From positions 1 through 39,894 of the forward strand of contig JBJEWG010000206.1 of the NCBI GenBank assembly GCA_051884935.1: a stretch of DNA of 39,894 bases, given 5' to 3'. Below the pieces are notes generated by a model, which saw only the letters and a program-made list of their open reading frames with translations, made no database searches and had not been told where the DNA came from. Positions 24,923 to 34,340 of this stretch are shown here, one piece after another. Each line of letters opens with the position of its first letter. Positions within the stretch are counted from its first letter, which is position 1. Position numbers and translations under genes: made by a program. Source of the stretch: Kiritimatiellia bacterium (GTDB lineage: Bacteria > Verrucomicrobiota > Kiritimatiellia > RFP12 > UBA1067).

Positions 24923-26475
24923 GATTCGACCCGATCGAACTCGGCGACGATCTCGGCGCTCGGCTTCTTCGTGACCAGCGTCACGACAACCGTCACGACC
25001 AGCGAGAGGACGAAGCCCGGCGCGAGCTCGTAGAGCCCGAAGATCGGGTAGCTCGCCGCGTAGCCCGAGAGCCAGAACTTCCAGACGAAGCACGTCACCG
25101 CGCCCGTCACCATGCCGCTCACCGCGCCCGGCAGGTTGATGCGCCGCCAGAAGAGGGCCAGCAGGATCAGCGGGCCGAACGCCGCGCCGAAGCCCGCCCA
25201 CGCGAAGCTCACCATCTTCATCACCACCTTGAAGAAGTCGCTCTCGGTGTTCATCGCCATGCACGTCGCCACGATGGCGACCACCGCCACGGCCGCACGG
25301 GAGACCATCACGAGCTCGTGGTTCGAGGCGTTCGACTTCACGCGCCGGTAGAGGTCGTTCGTGAAGGACGAGGCCGAGACGAGCAGCTGCGAGTCGGCCG
25401 TCGACATGATCGCCGCCATGATCGCCGAGAGCAGCACACCCGCGAAGAGGCGCGCCATCACCCCCGAGCTGAAGATGCCGTTGATCATCACCATGAAGCA
25501 CTTCTCGGGGTCGTTGCCCACCTGTTCGAGCGTCAGGCCATGCTGCCTGAGGTAGATGTGGAAGACGAGGCCGAGGGTCACGGCGGCGGCGAGGGAGATG
25601 AACACCCACGTCATCGCGATGCGGCGGGAGCCCTTCACCTCGGCGGGATTGTCGATGGACATGAAGCGCACGAGGATGTGCGGCATGCCGAAGTAGCCGA
25701 GACCCCACACGAGGCTGCTCGCGAGCCCGATGAAGCCGCACGCCTTGCCGGTGGAGGCCGACGTGAAGAGGTTGAGCAGATTGCCGTTGACCGCGTTCAG
25801 CTGGTCAACCGTCTCCGCGAAGCCGCCCGCGTTGCAGACCACCACCGCCGGCACGAGCACGATCGCCACGAACATCAGCGTGCCCTGGATGAAGTCCGTC
25901 CAGCACACGGCCATGTAGCCGCCAAGAAGCGTGTAGGAGACCACCACCGCCGCGCCAATCCAGAGCGCCGTCGTATACTGCATCGGGAACATTGTGGAGA
26001 ACAGCTTGGCCGCGGCCACAAAACCAGAGGCCGTATAGAAAGTGAAGAATACGAGGATGATCAGGGCCGCCACCACGCGCGAGGCGCCCGTGGTGTCGCG
26101 GAAGCGGTTCGAGATGAAGTCGGGGATCGTGATCGAGTCGCCGCACACCTGCGAATACTTTCGCAGGCGCTGCGCGACGATCTTCCAGTTCAGATAGGTG
26201 CCGATGCCAAGTCCGATGCCGATCCAGGCCTCCGAGAAGCCCGCCAGATAGACGGCCCCCGGCAGGCCCATCAGCAGCCAGCCGCTCATGTCCGAGGCCT
26301 GGGCGGAGAGCGCGACCACCCATTTGTTCATCTTGCGCCCGCCCAGGAAGTAGTCGCCCATGCTCTCCTGCTTCTTCGAGAACACGAAGCCTATGCCGAG
26401 CATCAGAACCAGATAGAGGACAAACGAACCCAGCACGCACCAATCGATGCCACCGGCGACAATTTCAGCGAACAT
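24919..26475 (-). CDS. Sodium:solute symporter, PutP (sodium/proline symporter)-like
   Basis: ATG 26475 (MFAEIVAGG) is preceded by GGAAGG. The segment GDYFLGGRKMNKWVVALSAQASDMSGWLLMGLPGAVYLAGFSEAWIGIGL closely follows the PutP-type signature. Confidence 0.85.
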   Translation of the reverse strand: MFAEIVAGGIDWCVLGSFVLYLVLMLGIGFVFSKKQESMGDYFLGGRKMNKWVVALSAQASDMSGWLLMGLPGAVYLAGFSEAWIGIGLGIGTYLNWKIVAQRLRKYSQVCGDSITIPDFISNRFRDTTGASRVVAALIILVFFTFYTASGFVAAAKLFSTMFPMQYTTALWIGAAVVVSYTLLGGYMAVCWTDFIQGTLMFVAIVLVPAVVVCNAGGFAETVDQLNAVNGNLLNLFTSASTGKACGFIGLASSLVWGLGYFGMPHILVRFMSIDNPAEVKGSRRIAMTWVFISLAAAVTLGLVFHIYLRQHGLTLEQVGNDPEKCFMVMINGIFSSGVMARLFAGVLLSAIMAAIMSTADSQLLVSASSFTNDLYRRVKSNASNHELVMVSRAAVAVVAIVATCMAMNTESDFFKVVMKMVSFAWAGFGAAFGPLILLALFWRRINLPGAVSGMVTGAVTCFVWKFWLSGYAASYPIFGLYELAPGFVLSLVVTVVVTLVTKKPSAEIVAEFDRVES

Positions 26476-26540
26476 ATGAGGACCTTCCGTTATTGTGAGT
26501 GAGGGCCGTAGTGTATGACAAAGAAGCGGCTCCGTCAAGA

Positions 26541-29500
26541 TTATCGGCGGGCCAGCTCCTCAAGCGCACGCGCGAGCTTCAGGCGGTGCGCCTCCATCGA
26601 GGCGGGGTCCGTCGCGAACTCGGTCATGGAGGTGTAGACGTCGGCGGGCACCTTGAGCAGGGCCTCGTAGCGCGCGCGATCCGCCGGCGGCAGATTCGTC
26701 CGGGCGGCGAGGGCGCGCTTCAGCATCGCGAAGTACTCGTAGTCCTCAAGCCCGTCGCGCAGCATCTCCAGACGGAACGAGCCGACCGGGCCCTCCAGCA
26801 CGGGCTCGGCCGCCGGCTGTGCGGCCCTCCGGGGCGGATAGAGGAAGCGCCCGTCGCCGTTGCCCCAGGGCCCTCCCGTGCCCGCGCTCCAGCTCATCGC
26901 GTCCTCGTAGGGATTCTGCGGCCGGGCGGGGTCCGGGTACACGGCCGCGCTCGTCCACCACACGGTCTCCCAGATCAGCACGCCCGTGACGTTCTCGCCC
27001 CACGTCTGCCACAGCCAGAGGCGCATCTCGGTGCCGGGATGGTCGATGAACTCGGTCACGTAGGGCGCCTTCGGCCCGCAGCAGACATACCACCAGAACG
27101 TGTCGCCGGCGGCGCGCGCCTTCGCCTCGCCGGACGCATGGAGATTCGGCGTGAGCGGCACCCAGAGGTTCGGCCCGCCGAGCAGCCCCTCCAGCGGCTC
27201 CTCCGTGAGCATGCGGCGAAGCCCGGGCGCGTGCCGCTTCAGCGTGTCGAACCCCCTCATCACGAACGGGTAGTCCTTCGGCTCCGGCTCGTCGAACCAG
27301 TAGACGTAGGCCTTGTCGAGCCAGCCCTTCTCGCGCAGGTGCGCCTCCACGCCTCGGAGGTACTTGCCCATCAGGACGTCGTAGGCGGGTTCGTCGGCCG
27401 TGACGCCGCAGATGCTGGGTTCCGTGCGCCCCTCGAAGGTGCCGCCGCCCAGCCCCTGCAGGCCGATCACGAACGTGTTGAAGTGGTACGTCGCGAACGC
27501 CGCCTCCATCGCCTCGTCCCAGGCCGCCCAGTCGAAGACCGGCTCGGCGTTGGAGAGGTCGGGCTTCGCGTCGAAGTCCCCGCCGCGCACCAGCGACCGC
27601 CCCGTCTCCACGTCCGTGAAGGCGAACTCGTCCACCCAGATCGTCCCCGTGCTGCCGCCGTCGTCGCGCCAGCCGCCGGGGTAGAACGCGAGGTTCCCCG
27701 TCACGGCCCCGGCGGGATAGTTCACGTAGGTCGTCTCGAAGAGCCGCCAGTCCCGGGAGGCCGGAATGCGGAAGTCGTTGTTCCGCCCAGGCATCCAGTC
27801 CCCGTTCGCCGCGTGGTGATTGATGCTGAAGTGGAAGGGCGTATCCGTCGCCGTGCGGTAGCGGAAGGATATCTTCACGCCCTTCCGCCCCAGCGGCACG
27901 CGGGCGCTGTAGACGAGGGCGTGGTTCCGCGTCGTCGAATCGTCCACCGCGCGCATGGAGGCGGCGCCACTGAACTTAACGTCCCGATCCAGCTCTCCTC
28001 CCGACCAGATTTCGACGTCCGGCCACTTCACGCTCCACTTCACGCCCGGCGCGGGATTGTACGGCGAGATATGATGGTCGGCGAGGGCCCGCAGATACTT
28101 CGCCGTCACCGTCCGCCGCTGCTCCTCCGTCTTGAGCCCGTGGTAGCGGGCCACGGTGCCGGGGCTGAACCCGAATCCCGTCTCGCACGTCATCCGGTCG
28201 GGCAGCTCGAAGCCGAAGACCTCCACCTCCAGCGGCACCTCCTCCCGAATCACCCGCCCGTCCACTTCGCGGGCCACGAGCGAAAGCGCGCCGCGATACG
28301 TCCCTGCGAGCGTCCCCTTCGGCGGCTTCACGCGCACCCAGAACGGCTGGTTCTCGCCCGCCTTCACCGCGAGCTCGCCCTCCTGCGGCGGCAGCGGGTC
28401 CGGCCAGAGCGCACGGCACCCCGCGCCGTCCGTCGCCTGCTTCACGGGCACATACCCCACGCGCAGCACGTCGATCGCCGCCGCGGGGAGCGTGTGGCCC
28501 CGCGCATCCTTCAGGTCGGCCGCCGTCACGCGCACATCCCGCAGCACCGCCCGGGGCGTGACGACGAGCTGCACGGCTTCGGCCTCGTTCGCAGCGGTCT
28601 TCAGCGCAAGGCAGTCCGCCCGCGCCGTCGGGAGGGACCGCCCGCGCGGGATCTTCCAGCCACTGGATGCTCGCCAGAGCGTCACGGCGCCGTCGCGGCT
28701 CGGCAGCATCTCCCCGTAGCCCGATTCGTAGAACTTCGGAGACTGCGTCTCGCACACGACCTGCCCCGTCGCCTCGTCCACGAACTTCGTCGTGCCGCAG
28801 GCGGCCGCAGGCGCGCCGTCGAACGTCGCCTCGAAGGAGAGGTGGTGAATCTGGAGGGCACAGCCCGCTCCCCCGCGCAGGCACACGAACAACTCCTTCG
28901 CCGGCAGCAGCGCCGCCGGCACGTCGATCTCCACGGTGGTGGTGTTCGTGATCGACGCAAGGCTCGTCCAGGCCGAACCGTCGCGCGAGACACAGACGGT
29001 CGCGGAGCCCGCGGCGTGGTAGCCGCACGCCGCGGCCACACGCGCCGCCGTCCACGTGCGCTTCGGCAGGGCGAACCGATAGACGACGCGCGAATCCGGG
29101 GCGAGGCACAGACGACTCGTATTGTAGTCCGCGCGCAGGAATGCGAGCGGGCGCGCGTGGTTCTGCGCCACGCTTCCGAACTGCGTGGAGAAGTTATAGG
29201 CTTGTCCATCCACCTGCTCGCCGTGGCCGAGTTCAAGGTCATCGGCCTTCTGATAGACGGGCGTCACGGGGACGAGCGAGACGTCGTCGAAGTCGGCCGA
29301 GCCGTTCATCATCCACTGCCCCAGATGAATGGCGGAGGGAACGACGCCCTCCCGCGACGGCGTGCGGAGGACGCTCAGGCGACGCGTCCAGTTCGTCCCC
29401 GCCATTCCCCAGTCCACGTTCACGTCGTCGATACCGCTCACAATGCTGCCGGACCCGTCCCCGCGCGTCCAGAACGAGAAGGCGTAGCAGCGGTCCGGCT

Positions 29501-29738
29501 CCAGCGAACACGGCTTCGAGACCCACCGGCAGTCGGAAGTTCCCGCGCCCGTCACGCGAATCGCGCCGCCGGACCGGCCGCCGTTCGCGCGCCACATCCC
29601 CCCTTCGGGCTTTGTGAGCGTCCAGTCGATCGGCCGCCCGTCCCTCCCCTGCTCGAACCCGCCATTGGGCACTTCAACCGCCCCTGCGGCACACACGCCC
29701 GCCGCCAGCAGCAGCCCCGCGATCGAATCAATGTTCAT
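26541..29738 (-). CDS. Secreted DUF4091-domain protein (glycoside-hydrolase-like) with N-terminal CBM-like module
   Basis: 1065 aa with a signal peptide. The N-terminal VPNGGFEQG motif is typical of CBM4/9-like jelly rolls. The C-terminal WWYVCCGPKAPYVTEFIDHPGTEMRLWLWQTW ... GNGDGRFLYPP ... LEDYEYF matches the DUF4091 pattern from memory. Confidence 0.7.
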   Translation of the reverse strand: MNIDSIAGLLLAAGVCAAGAVEVPNGGFEQGRDGRPIDWTLTKPEGGMWRANGGRSGGAIRVTGAGTSDCRWVSKPCSLEPDRCYAFSFWTRGDGSGSIVSGIDDVNVDWGMAGTNWTRRLSVLRTPSREGVVPSAIHLGQWMMNGSADFDDVSLVPVTPVYQKADDLELGHGEQVDGQAYNFSTQFGSVAQNHARPLAFLRADYNTSRLCLAPDSRVVYRFALPKRTWTAARVAAACGYHAAGSATVCVSRDGSAWTSLASITNTTTVEIDVPAALLPAKELFVCLRGGAGCALQIHHLSFEATFDGAPAAACGTTKFVDEATGQVVCETQSPKFYESGYGEMLPSRDGAVTLWRASSGWKIPRGRSLPTARADCLALKTAANEAEAVQLVVTPRAVLRDVRVTAADLKDARGHTLPAAAIDVLRVGYVPVKQATDGAGCRALWPDPLPPQEGELAVKAGENQPFWVRVKPPKGTLAGTYRGALSLVAREVDGRVIREEVPLEVEVFGFELPDRMTCETGFGFSPGTVARYHGLKTEEQRRTVTAKYLRALADHHISPYNPAPGVKWSVKWPDVEIWSGGELDRDVKFSGAASMRAVDDSTTRNHALVYSARVPLGRKGVKISFRYRTATDTPFHFSINHHAANGDWMPGRNNDFRIPASRDWRLFETTYVNYPAGAVTGNLAFYPGGWRDDGGSTGTIWVDEFAFTDVETGRSLVRGGDFDAKPDLSNAEPVFDWAAWDEAMEAAFATYHFNTFVIGLQGLGGGTFEGRTEPSICGVTADEPAYDVLMGKYLRGVEAHLREKGWLDKAYVYWFDEPEPKDYPFVMRGFDTLKRHAPGLRRMLTEEPLEGLLGGPNLWVPLTPNLHASGEAKARAAGDTFWWYVCCGPKAPYVTEFIDHPGTEMRLWLWQTWGENVTGVLIWETVWWTSAAVYPDPARPQNPYEDAMSWSAGTGGPWGNGDGRFLYPPRRAAQPAAEPVLEGPVGSFRLEMLRDGLEDYEYFAMLKRALAARTNLPPADRARYEALLKVPADVYTSMTEFATDPASMEAHRLKLARALEELARR

Positions 29739-29750
29739 GTCGTACCTTTC

Positions 29751-32700
29751 TTACCAGTGGAAATAGCGATAGGGGTCGTCCTCCGCGCGCGGCACGTCGC
29801 CGTAGAGCACCCGCGCCGGACCACGCTTGAAGCCGAGGTTCCCCATCAGCCGCGAGAGCATCGCCTCGGCGCGGCGCTTCGAGGTGCGCAGATAGGGCCG
29901 CGTCTCGGCGTCGATCATCCACGGCGGCACCTGCCAGAAGACGAGCCGTCCCTTCCCGTGGCGAACGACCCGCACGGCCACGTTGCCGTCCTCCGCCGGC
30001 TCGGTGAACGCCGCGAAGTCCATCGCGCCGTGCCACGCCCAGTCGGCGTTCGAGAGCCCGTTCAGCTCCGGCGGCAGACGCGCGATGCGCGTGTAGTGGC
30101 AGTGATTGGTGGGCGCGACGGCGATCGGCGCCGGGCACCACGCGCGTACCTCCTCGGCGTTCAGCCCCAACAGAAGCGCCGTCCCGCCGGCGGCGATGCG
30201 GTCGAAGAAGCCATCCGGCGGTTGCCCCGCGCCGCCGCTCACGAGGTAGAGCCGCCCCGTGTCCTTCTCGGGGTCCTGCTCGATGAACCACGGTGCGCGC
30301 GGCGCCAGCCCCGCCATGTAGGCCTGCATCCCGTAGGGCTTGGCGATCGATTCGCGCGGCGCGGGGGGCGGCGTCCCCAGCGCGAGGCGGCGCACGAGCG
30401 CGTCTGCAAGCGCGTCGGGCTCGCTGCGCCCCGTCACGTCCATCTGGCAGAAGAGAACCGCGCCCGACCCGCCCAGGCGCCACTCCAGGAGCGGTGCGTA
30501 CTGCAAGTCGAACCCGCCGTCCACGAGCGCGCACCAGTCGCCGTAGGTCGGCTTCTCCGGCAGAACGCTCGCCACCGTGCCGCGGTTGCCATTGCGCCAC
30601 ACGCGGCTTGCGCCGAAGCCGGCGAACGTGCCGCTCCCCGCGCCCGTCTCCACCTCGCGGAGCGGCGTGAGCGGTTCGACAAGCGTGGAGGCGCCGCACC
30701 AGTCACGCAGCCGCTCCGCGACGAGCAGATCGTCAAGCCACCCGCTGCGGTAACGCGGGTAGGCGTGGCGCAGACCGAGCGTCTGAACCCGAAAGCCCAC
30801 GGCCTCCAGGGCGGGCTGATCCTGCTCGAAGACGACAACCCGCCCGCCCCGGCGGGCGTGGGCGGTCACGAGATTCTTGAACACGTCCGGCGTCAGCGCG
30901 CCGCGCGCGACAACCACGCGCACGCCCGCCTCGGCAGGCGGCTGCGGGGCCGCGAGTCGCTCGCAGGCGACGCCGAGTCGCTCGAACTCCTTCGCCGTCA
31001 GTCCGACGGGATCGTAGAGCGCCACGCGCCCATGCGGCACCTCGCGCGGCGGCGCGATCACCTCCACCGCGAAGGCGTCGCGCAGGACAACGCCGTCCGC
31101 GAACTCGAACGCGGCCTCGATCCGATCGCAGCCCCCCGTGGCGCCCGCCGTCCACTCGACGGGCACGAACGCGCACGCGCCCGGCGCAAGCTCCTTCTCG
31201 CCGCGCCGCGTCTCCCCCGCGAACGTCGCCTGCCAGCGTACGCGCTGGCTCTCGCGCCGGTCGTTGAGGATCACCAGCTGCTTGGCGATGCGCGCCCCCG
31301 GCGCGTAGTGGTGCCGCTTGTCGGTGAAGTTCCCCGCGCCGCCGATCCACGCGCAGTCCGTCTGATTCCAGCGCTCGAACACGAGCCCGAGCGCCGTCGG
31401 TCCATAGGCGGGCGCCTCGCCCCACGCCGGGCCGACCGTCTCGGGCATGAACCCGGGCTCCTTGCGCACGTCCGCCAGCGTCAGGCGGCGTTCCGGGACG
31501 GTGGACCCCACACGCTCGAAGAGGCCCTCCTGGTCCCACGGCAGCATCGCGGTCATCCCCCACGCGCGCATCGACCGCCAGTTGGACGCGGCGAACTGCG
31601 CCTGCACCCCCAGGTAGTTGTTGGTGATGGCGCGGCACGCGCCCGTCAGGCGGCCCCACGCGAACCCCTCGCGCGCCCGCCACAGCCGCTCCTCCAGACC
31701 CAGCGCCGCGCGGACCTCCGGCGTCGCCTCGTAGGCCGCGTCGTCTCGGTAGGCCGCCGCGTATTCGGCGCTCCACAGCGACTGGTACCCCGGCTTCCGC
31801 CAGATGAAGAGCGGCCCCCGGTAGCTCGACCAGTTGGAGATGTGCGGCAGCCCCCACTCCACGAAGAACAGCGGCTTCACGCCGACCGTCGCCCAGTGCT
31901 CCAGCCACTCGTCGCGCTCCTGGATCGGCGCCCAGTCGAGATAGCAGTTCACGCAGTGGAAGTCGTCGAGGTTCCCCGACTCGTGGTGGTAGCAGGGGCG
32001 GCTCGCGTCGAGCTCCCCGATGATCTTGCGGCAGGCCCGCGCCTTGCGGCGATTCACCCCGTTGGCCGAGGCGGGCAGCTCGTAGAGCCCGTCGATCCGC
32101 TGGGGATGCCCCGCGCCGAGGTAACCCGCCGCGTTGTGGCTCGTGCTCCACAGGATCACCGACGGATGCCGCCGCGCGAGGCGCATGATCGCCTCGGTGT
32201 CGGCACGGTAGCGCGCCAACCCCGCGGGCGTTTCAAGATCGGCGTAGTCCTTGAAGTGCGGCAGCGAGAAGCAGTAGAGCAGGCCCGTCTCGTCGGCGGC
32301 GTCGAGAATGCCCTGCAGGTAGGGCGTCGCGCCGGCGGCGAACGAGTAGTTGCCCGCGATCATCGCGTTGAAGCCCGCCTTCTGGGCGGCGCGGCACGCA
32401 CGCACCGCGTTCGTGTAGGCGTTGTGCGCGCCGTAGCGGCTGTAGGTCGAGTCGTAGAGCGCGCGCAGGTGAACCGTCGTGCCGTTCAAGAGCAGCCTGC
32501 GCCCATCGATCCCCACGTCGCGGAAACCGAACTCGAAGGGCGTCGTCTCGTCCAGCGCCTCCCCCTTCTCTCCAACGAGACGCACACGACAGGAATAGCG
32601 GTTGAACGGCGTGTGGACGTCCCAGCGCGCCGCGTCCCGCCACGACGCCGTGAACGCGACGCGCCCGGCCGCATCCACCTTCCCCGTGCCCGAGAACGCG

Positions 32701-33950
32701 CGCGTCTCGCCGGTCTTGAGGTGCGTCGCCGTGGCGCCAAGGCTCACCTCCGTCCCCGCCGCGAGCCCCCGCGTGTCGGCGATGAACGTGATCTCCCCGC
32801 ACGCCACCGAGGTCTCCGCCCACGCGAACGCGAGCTGCGGCGTCTTCGGACCAATCTCCAGCCACATGTCGCCTGTCACGCCGGGGAACTTCACGTCGCG
32901 CTTCCGCAGGTCGGCGCGCGTCGCCTCGTTGTAGTCGAGCGTCTCGCCCTCGGCGTGCGCCGAGACGTCCAGCACAAGCCGCTGCGTCGCCCCGGGCCGC
33001 ACCCACGGCGTCAGATCCACCTCCCCGCCGGGGAACTCCACCATCCCCGCGCGCGCGCCGTCTATATAGAGGATCGCGCGCGAGGCGACCATGTCGAGGG
33101 TGACGGCGACGCGCCGCCCCGCCGCATCCGCAGGCATCGTGAACGTGCGCGAATACCACGCGCGGTCCGGAAGAATCCGCTCCCGCTCGTCCGCGTGGTC
33201 CTCGAACCACGGCGCCAGCACCATCGCCGCCGGGCACGGCCCGCGCCAGGTCGCCCACACGTCCGGAATCCGCGTCCACCCCCAGTTGTCCTGTTCGCCC
33301 GGCGGCGTCTCCCCCGCCTCGCCGCGCAGGGCCGGACGCACCCGCCAGACGCCATTCAGCGAAATGCGCCGCCGCGTCGCGCTCGTTGTGACCGCGGCCC
33401 CCTCCAGCGACTCGGGATCAACCACCCCCGGCGGCAACGGCGCGTTGCCTGGGCGAAGCGCGCGCTCCCGCACCAGTTCAAGCGACACCGCGCGGAAGCG
33501 CACCTCGCCGCCCGCCGTGAGATTGCAGAGCGAAAGCGAGAACGTCGCCGCATTGGTGGGGATCGCGAAGGCGACATCGACCTCGCGCCAGTCGCTCGTG
33601 CCCGTCCAGCCCTGATTCGGCGGCCAAGGCGAAATCGTCTCCCCCGCCGCGTCGTGCCAGACCATCGCGAAGCGGGCGGTCTGCCAGCCCTGCTCCCCGG
33701 CCGGCACGTTGCGCGTCGCCATCGCGCCGCGCAGGCGCAGCACGCCCCATTCCGGACGAATCTTGTAGCTCCGCTCCAGCGACGCCCGCGGCGTCGGCAG
33801 CACCAGCACGTCGCCCTCCACGCGCGCGCCGCCACGTGCGCCCTTCCAGTCGCCCGCCTTCCACAGGAATTCCTCCGCGCCGGCCGCCAGCCCCCCCGCC
33901 AACGCCACCACGCTCACCCACAACCGCAGATTCGCCGCATTCTTCATCAT
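29751..33950 (-). CDS. Very large secreted glycoside hydrolase-like protein (GH2-type sugar-binding N-terminal region)
   Basis: 1399 aa from ATG 33950 (MMKNAANLRLWVSVVALAGGLAAGA signal peptide, AGAGGAA SD). It has a GH2-like jelly-roll block (WYSRTFTMPADAAGRRVAVTLDMVASRAILYIDGARAG) and a TIM-barrel-like block (HPSVILWSTSHN). It is the first gene of the five-gene minus-strand operon. Confidence 0.7.
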   Translation of the reverse strand: MMKNAANLRLWVSVVALAGGLAAGAEEFLWKAGDWKGARGGARVEGDVLVLPTPRASLERSYKIRPEWGVLRLRGAMATRNVPAGEQGWQTARFAMVWHDAAGETISPWPPNQGWTGTSDWREVDVAFAIPTNAATFSLSLCNLTAGGEVRFRAVSLELVRERALRPGNAPLPPGVVDPESLEGAAVTTSATRRRISLNGVWRVRPALRGEAGETPPGEQDNWGWTRIPDVWATWRGPCPAAMVLAPWFEDHADERERILPDRAWYSRTFTMPADAAGRRVAVTLDMVASRAILYIDGARAGMVEFPGGEVDLTPWVRPGATQRLVLDVSAHAEGETLDYNEATRADLRKRDVKFPGVTGDMWLEIGPKTPQLAFAWAETSVACGEITFIADTRGLAAGTEVSLGATATHLKTGETRAFSGTGKVDAAGRVAFTASWRDAARWDVHTPFNRYSCRVRLVGEKGEALDETTPFEFGFRDVGIDGRRLLLNGTTVHLRALYDSTYSRYGAHNAYTNAVRACRAAQKAGFNAMIAGNYSFAAGATPYLQGILDAADETGLLYCFSLPHFKDYADLETPAGLARYRADTEAIMRLARRHPSVILWSTSHNAAGYLGAGHPQRIDGLYELPASANGVNRRKARACRKIIGELDASRPCYHHESGNLDDFHCVNCYLDWAPIQERDEWLEHWATVGVKPLFFVEWGLPHISNWSSYRGPLFIWRKPGYQSLWSAEYAAAYRDDAAYEATPEVRAALGLEERLWRAREGFAWGRLTGACRAITNNYLGVQAQFAASNWRSMRAWGMTAMLPWDQEGLFERVGSTVPERRLTLADVRKEPGFMPETVGPAWGEAPAYGPTALGLVFERWNQTDCAWIGGAGNFTDKRHHYAPGARIAKQLVILNDRRESQRVRWQATFAGETRRGEKELAPGACAFVPVEWTAGATGGCDRIEAAFEFADGVVLRDAFAVEVIAPPREVPHGRVALYDPVGLTAKEFERLGVACERLAAPQPPAEAGVRVVVARGALTPDVFKNLVTAHARRGGRVVVFEQDQPALEAVGFRVQTLGLRHAYPRYRSGWLDDLLVAERLRDWCGASTLVEPLTPLREVETGAGSGTFAGFGASRVWRNGNRGTVASVLPEKPTYGDWCALVDGGFDLQYAPLLEWRLGGSGAVLFCQMDVTGRSEPDALADALVRRLALGTPPPAPRESIAKPYGMQAYMAGLAPRAPWFIEQDPEKDTGRLYLVSGGAGQPPDGFFDRIAAGGTALLLGLNAEEVRAWCPAPIAVAPTNHCHYTRIARLPPELNGLSNADWAWHGAMDFAAFTEPAEDGNVAVRVVRHGKGRLVFWQVPPWMIDAETRPYLRTSKRRAEAMLSRLMGNLGFKRGPARVLYGDVPRAEDDPYRYFHW

Positions 33951-34043
33951 GGTTCCTCTTTCTCTTGGACAATATCCACCGAAGACCCACCGGCCTCCCA
34001 GCTTCAAGAGGTTACCATAAGATGCGTGCCCGTGCAAGGGCAA

Positions 34044-34064
34044 TAAAAAACGCGGCGCGCCCGC
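34044..34064 (-). terminator. Weak terminator candidate downstream of tRNA-Ala
   Basis: The minus strand has a short GC hairpin (GCGGGCGCGCCGC) followed by GTTTTTTATTG. Confidence 0.4.
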
Positions 34065-34103
34065 AGATGCTGGGCGAAAGCCGCTTTCATGTTTCCCGCC
34101 GAT

Positions 34104-34179
34104 TGGTGGAGAAGAAGAGATTCGAACTCTCGACCCCCACGTTGCGAACGTGATGCTCTACCAACTGAGCTACTTCCCC
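34104..34179 (-). tRNA. tRNA-Ala (anticodon CGC), CCA encoded
   Basis: The reverse complement reads GGGGAAGTAGCTCAGTTGGTAGAGCATCACGTTCGCAACGTGGGGGTCGAGAGTTCGAATCTCTTCTTCTCCACCA. It folds as a cloverleaf with 7/4/5/5-bp stems, anticodon loop TTCGCAA, the G3:U70 alanine identity pair and a GTTCGAATC T-loop. Confidence 0.92.
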
Positions 34180-34198
34180 GTGGTGGAAAACGAGGCAT

Positions 34199-34207
34199 AG
34201 TATACCA
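34199..34207 (-). promoter_or_regulatory. Extended -10 TGGTATACT promoter for tRNA-Ala
   Basis: The minus strand reads TTGCGC-N17-TATACT with a TG extension. An A-tract (GAAAAAAG) further upstream resembles an UP element. The -10 ends about 19 nt before the mature tRNA 5' end. Confidence 0.45.
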
Positions 34208-34273
34208 CCTCCCCTCTCGGCGCGCAAGGGGGTATCGCAACTTTTTTCAGCGTCGCGCGGGATGGCCCGGCGC

Positions 34274-34311
34274 ACGAAAACACGCGGGGACGCGGCACGC
34301 GCCGCATCCCC
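34274..34311 (-). terminator. Rho-independent terminator of the OMP gene
   Basis: The minus strand forms the hairpin GGGGATGCGGC-GCGT-GCCGCGTCCCC (one U-G pair) followed by GCGTGTTTTCGTG. Confidence 0.55.
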
Positions 34312-34340
34312 GCATATCACACGCCGAACAGCGCGGCGTC

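Noticed and set aside
26499-34046. 2515-aa ORF on the plus strand spanning 7.5 kb
   Set aside because: It runs antisense to three well-supported minus-strand genes (symporter start, DUF4091, GH2-like) and across their intergenic gaps. The translation is Arg/Pro/Ala/Gly-rich low-complexity with no motifs. This is a typical stop-poor shadow frame in high-GC DNA.
34104-34179. tRNA-Ala as an integration site for a genomic island (att duplication)
   Set aside because: Only an 8-nt match to the T-arm (TTCGAACT, near 35964) was seen nearby, which is too short to be meaningful. There is no integrase gene, and the flanking genes have native-looking composition.
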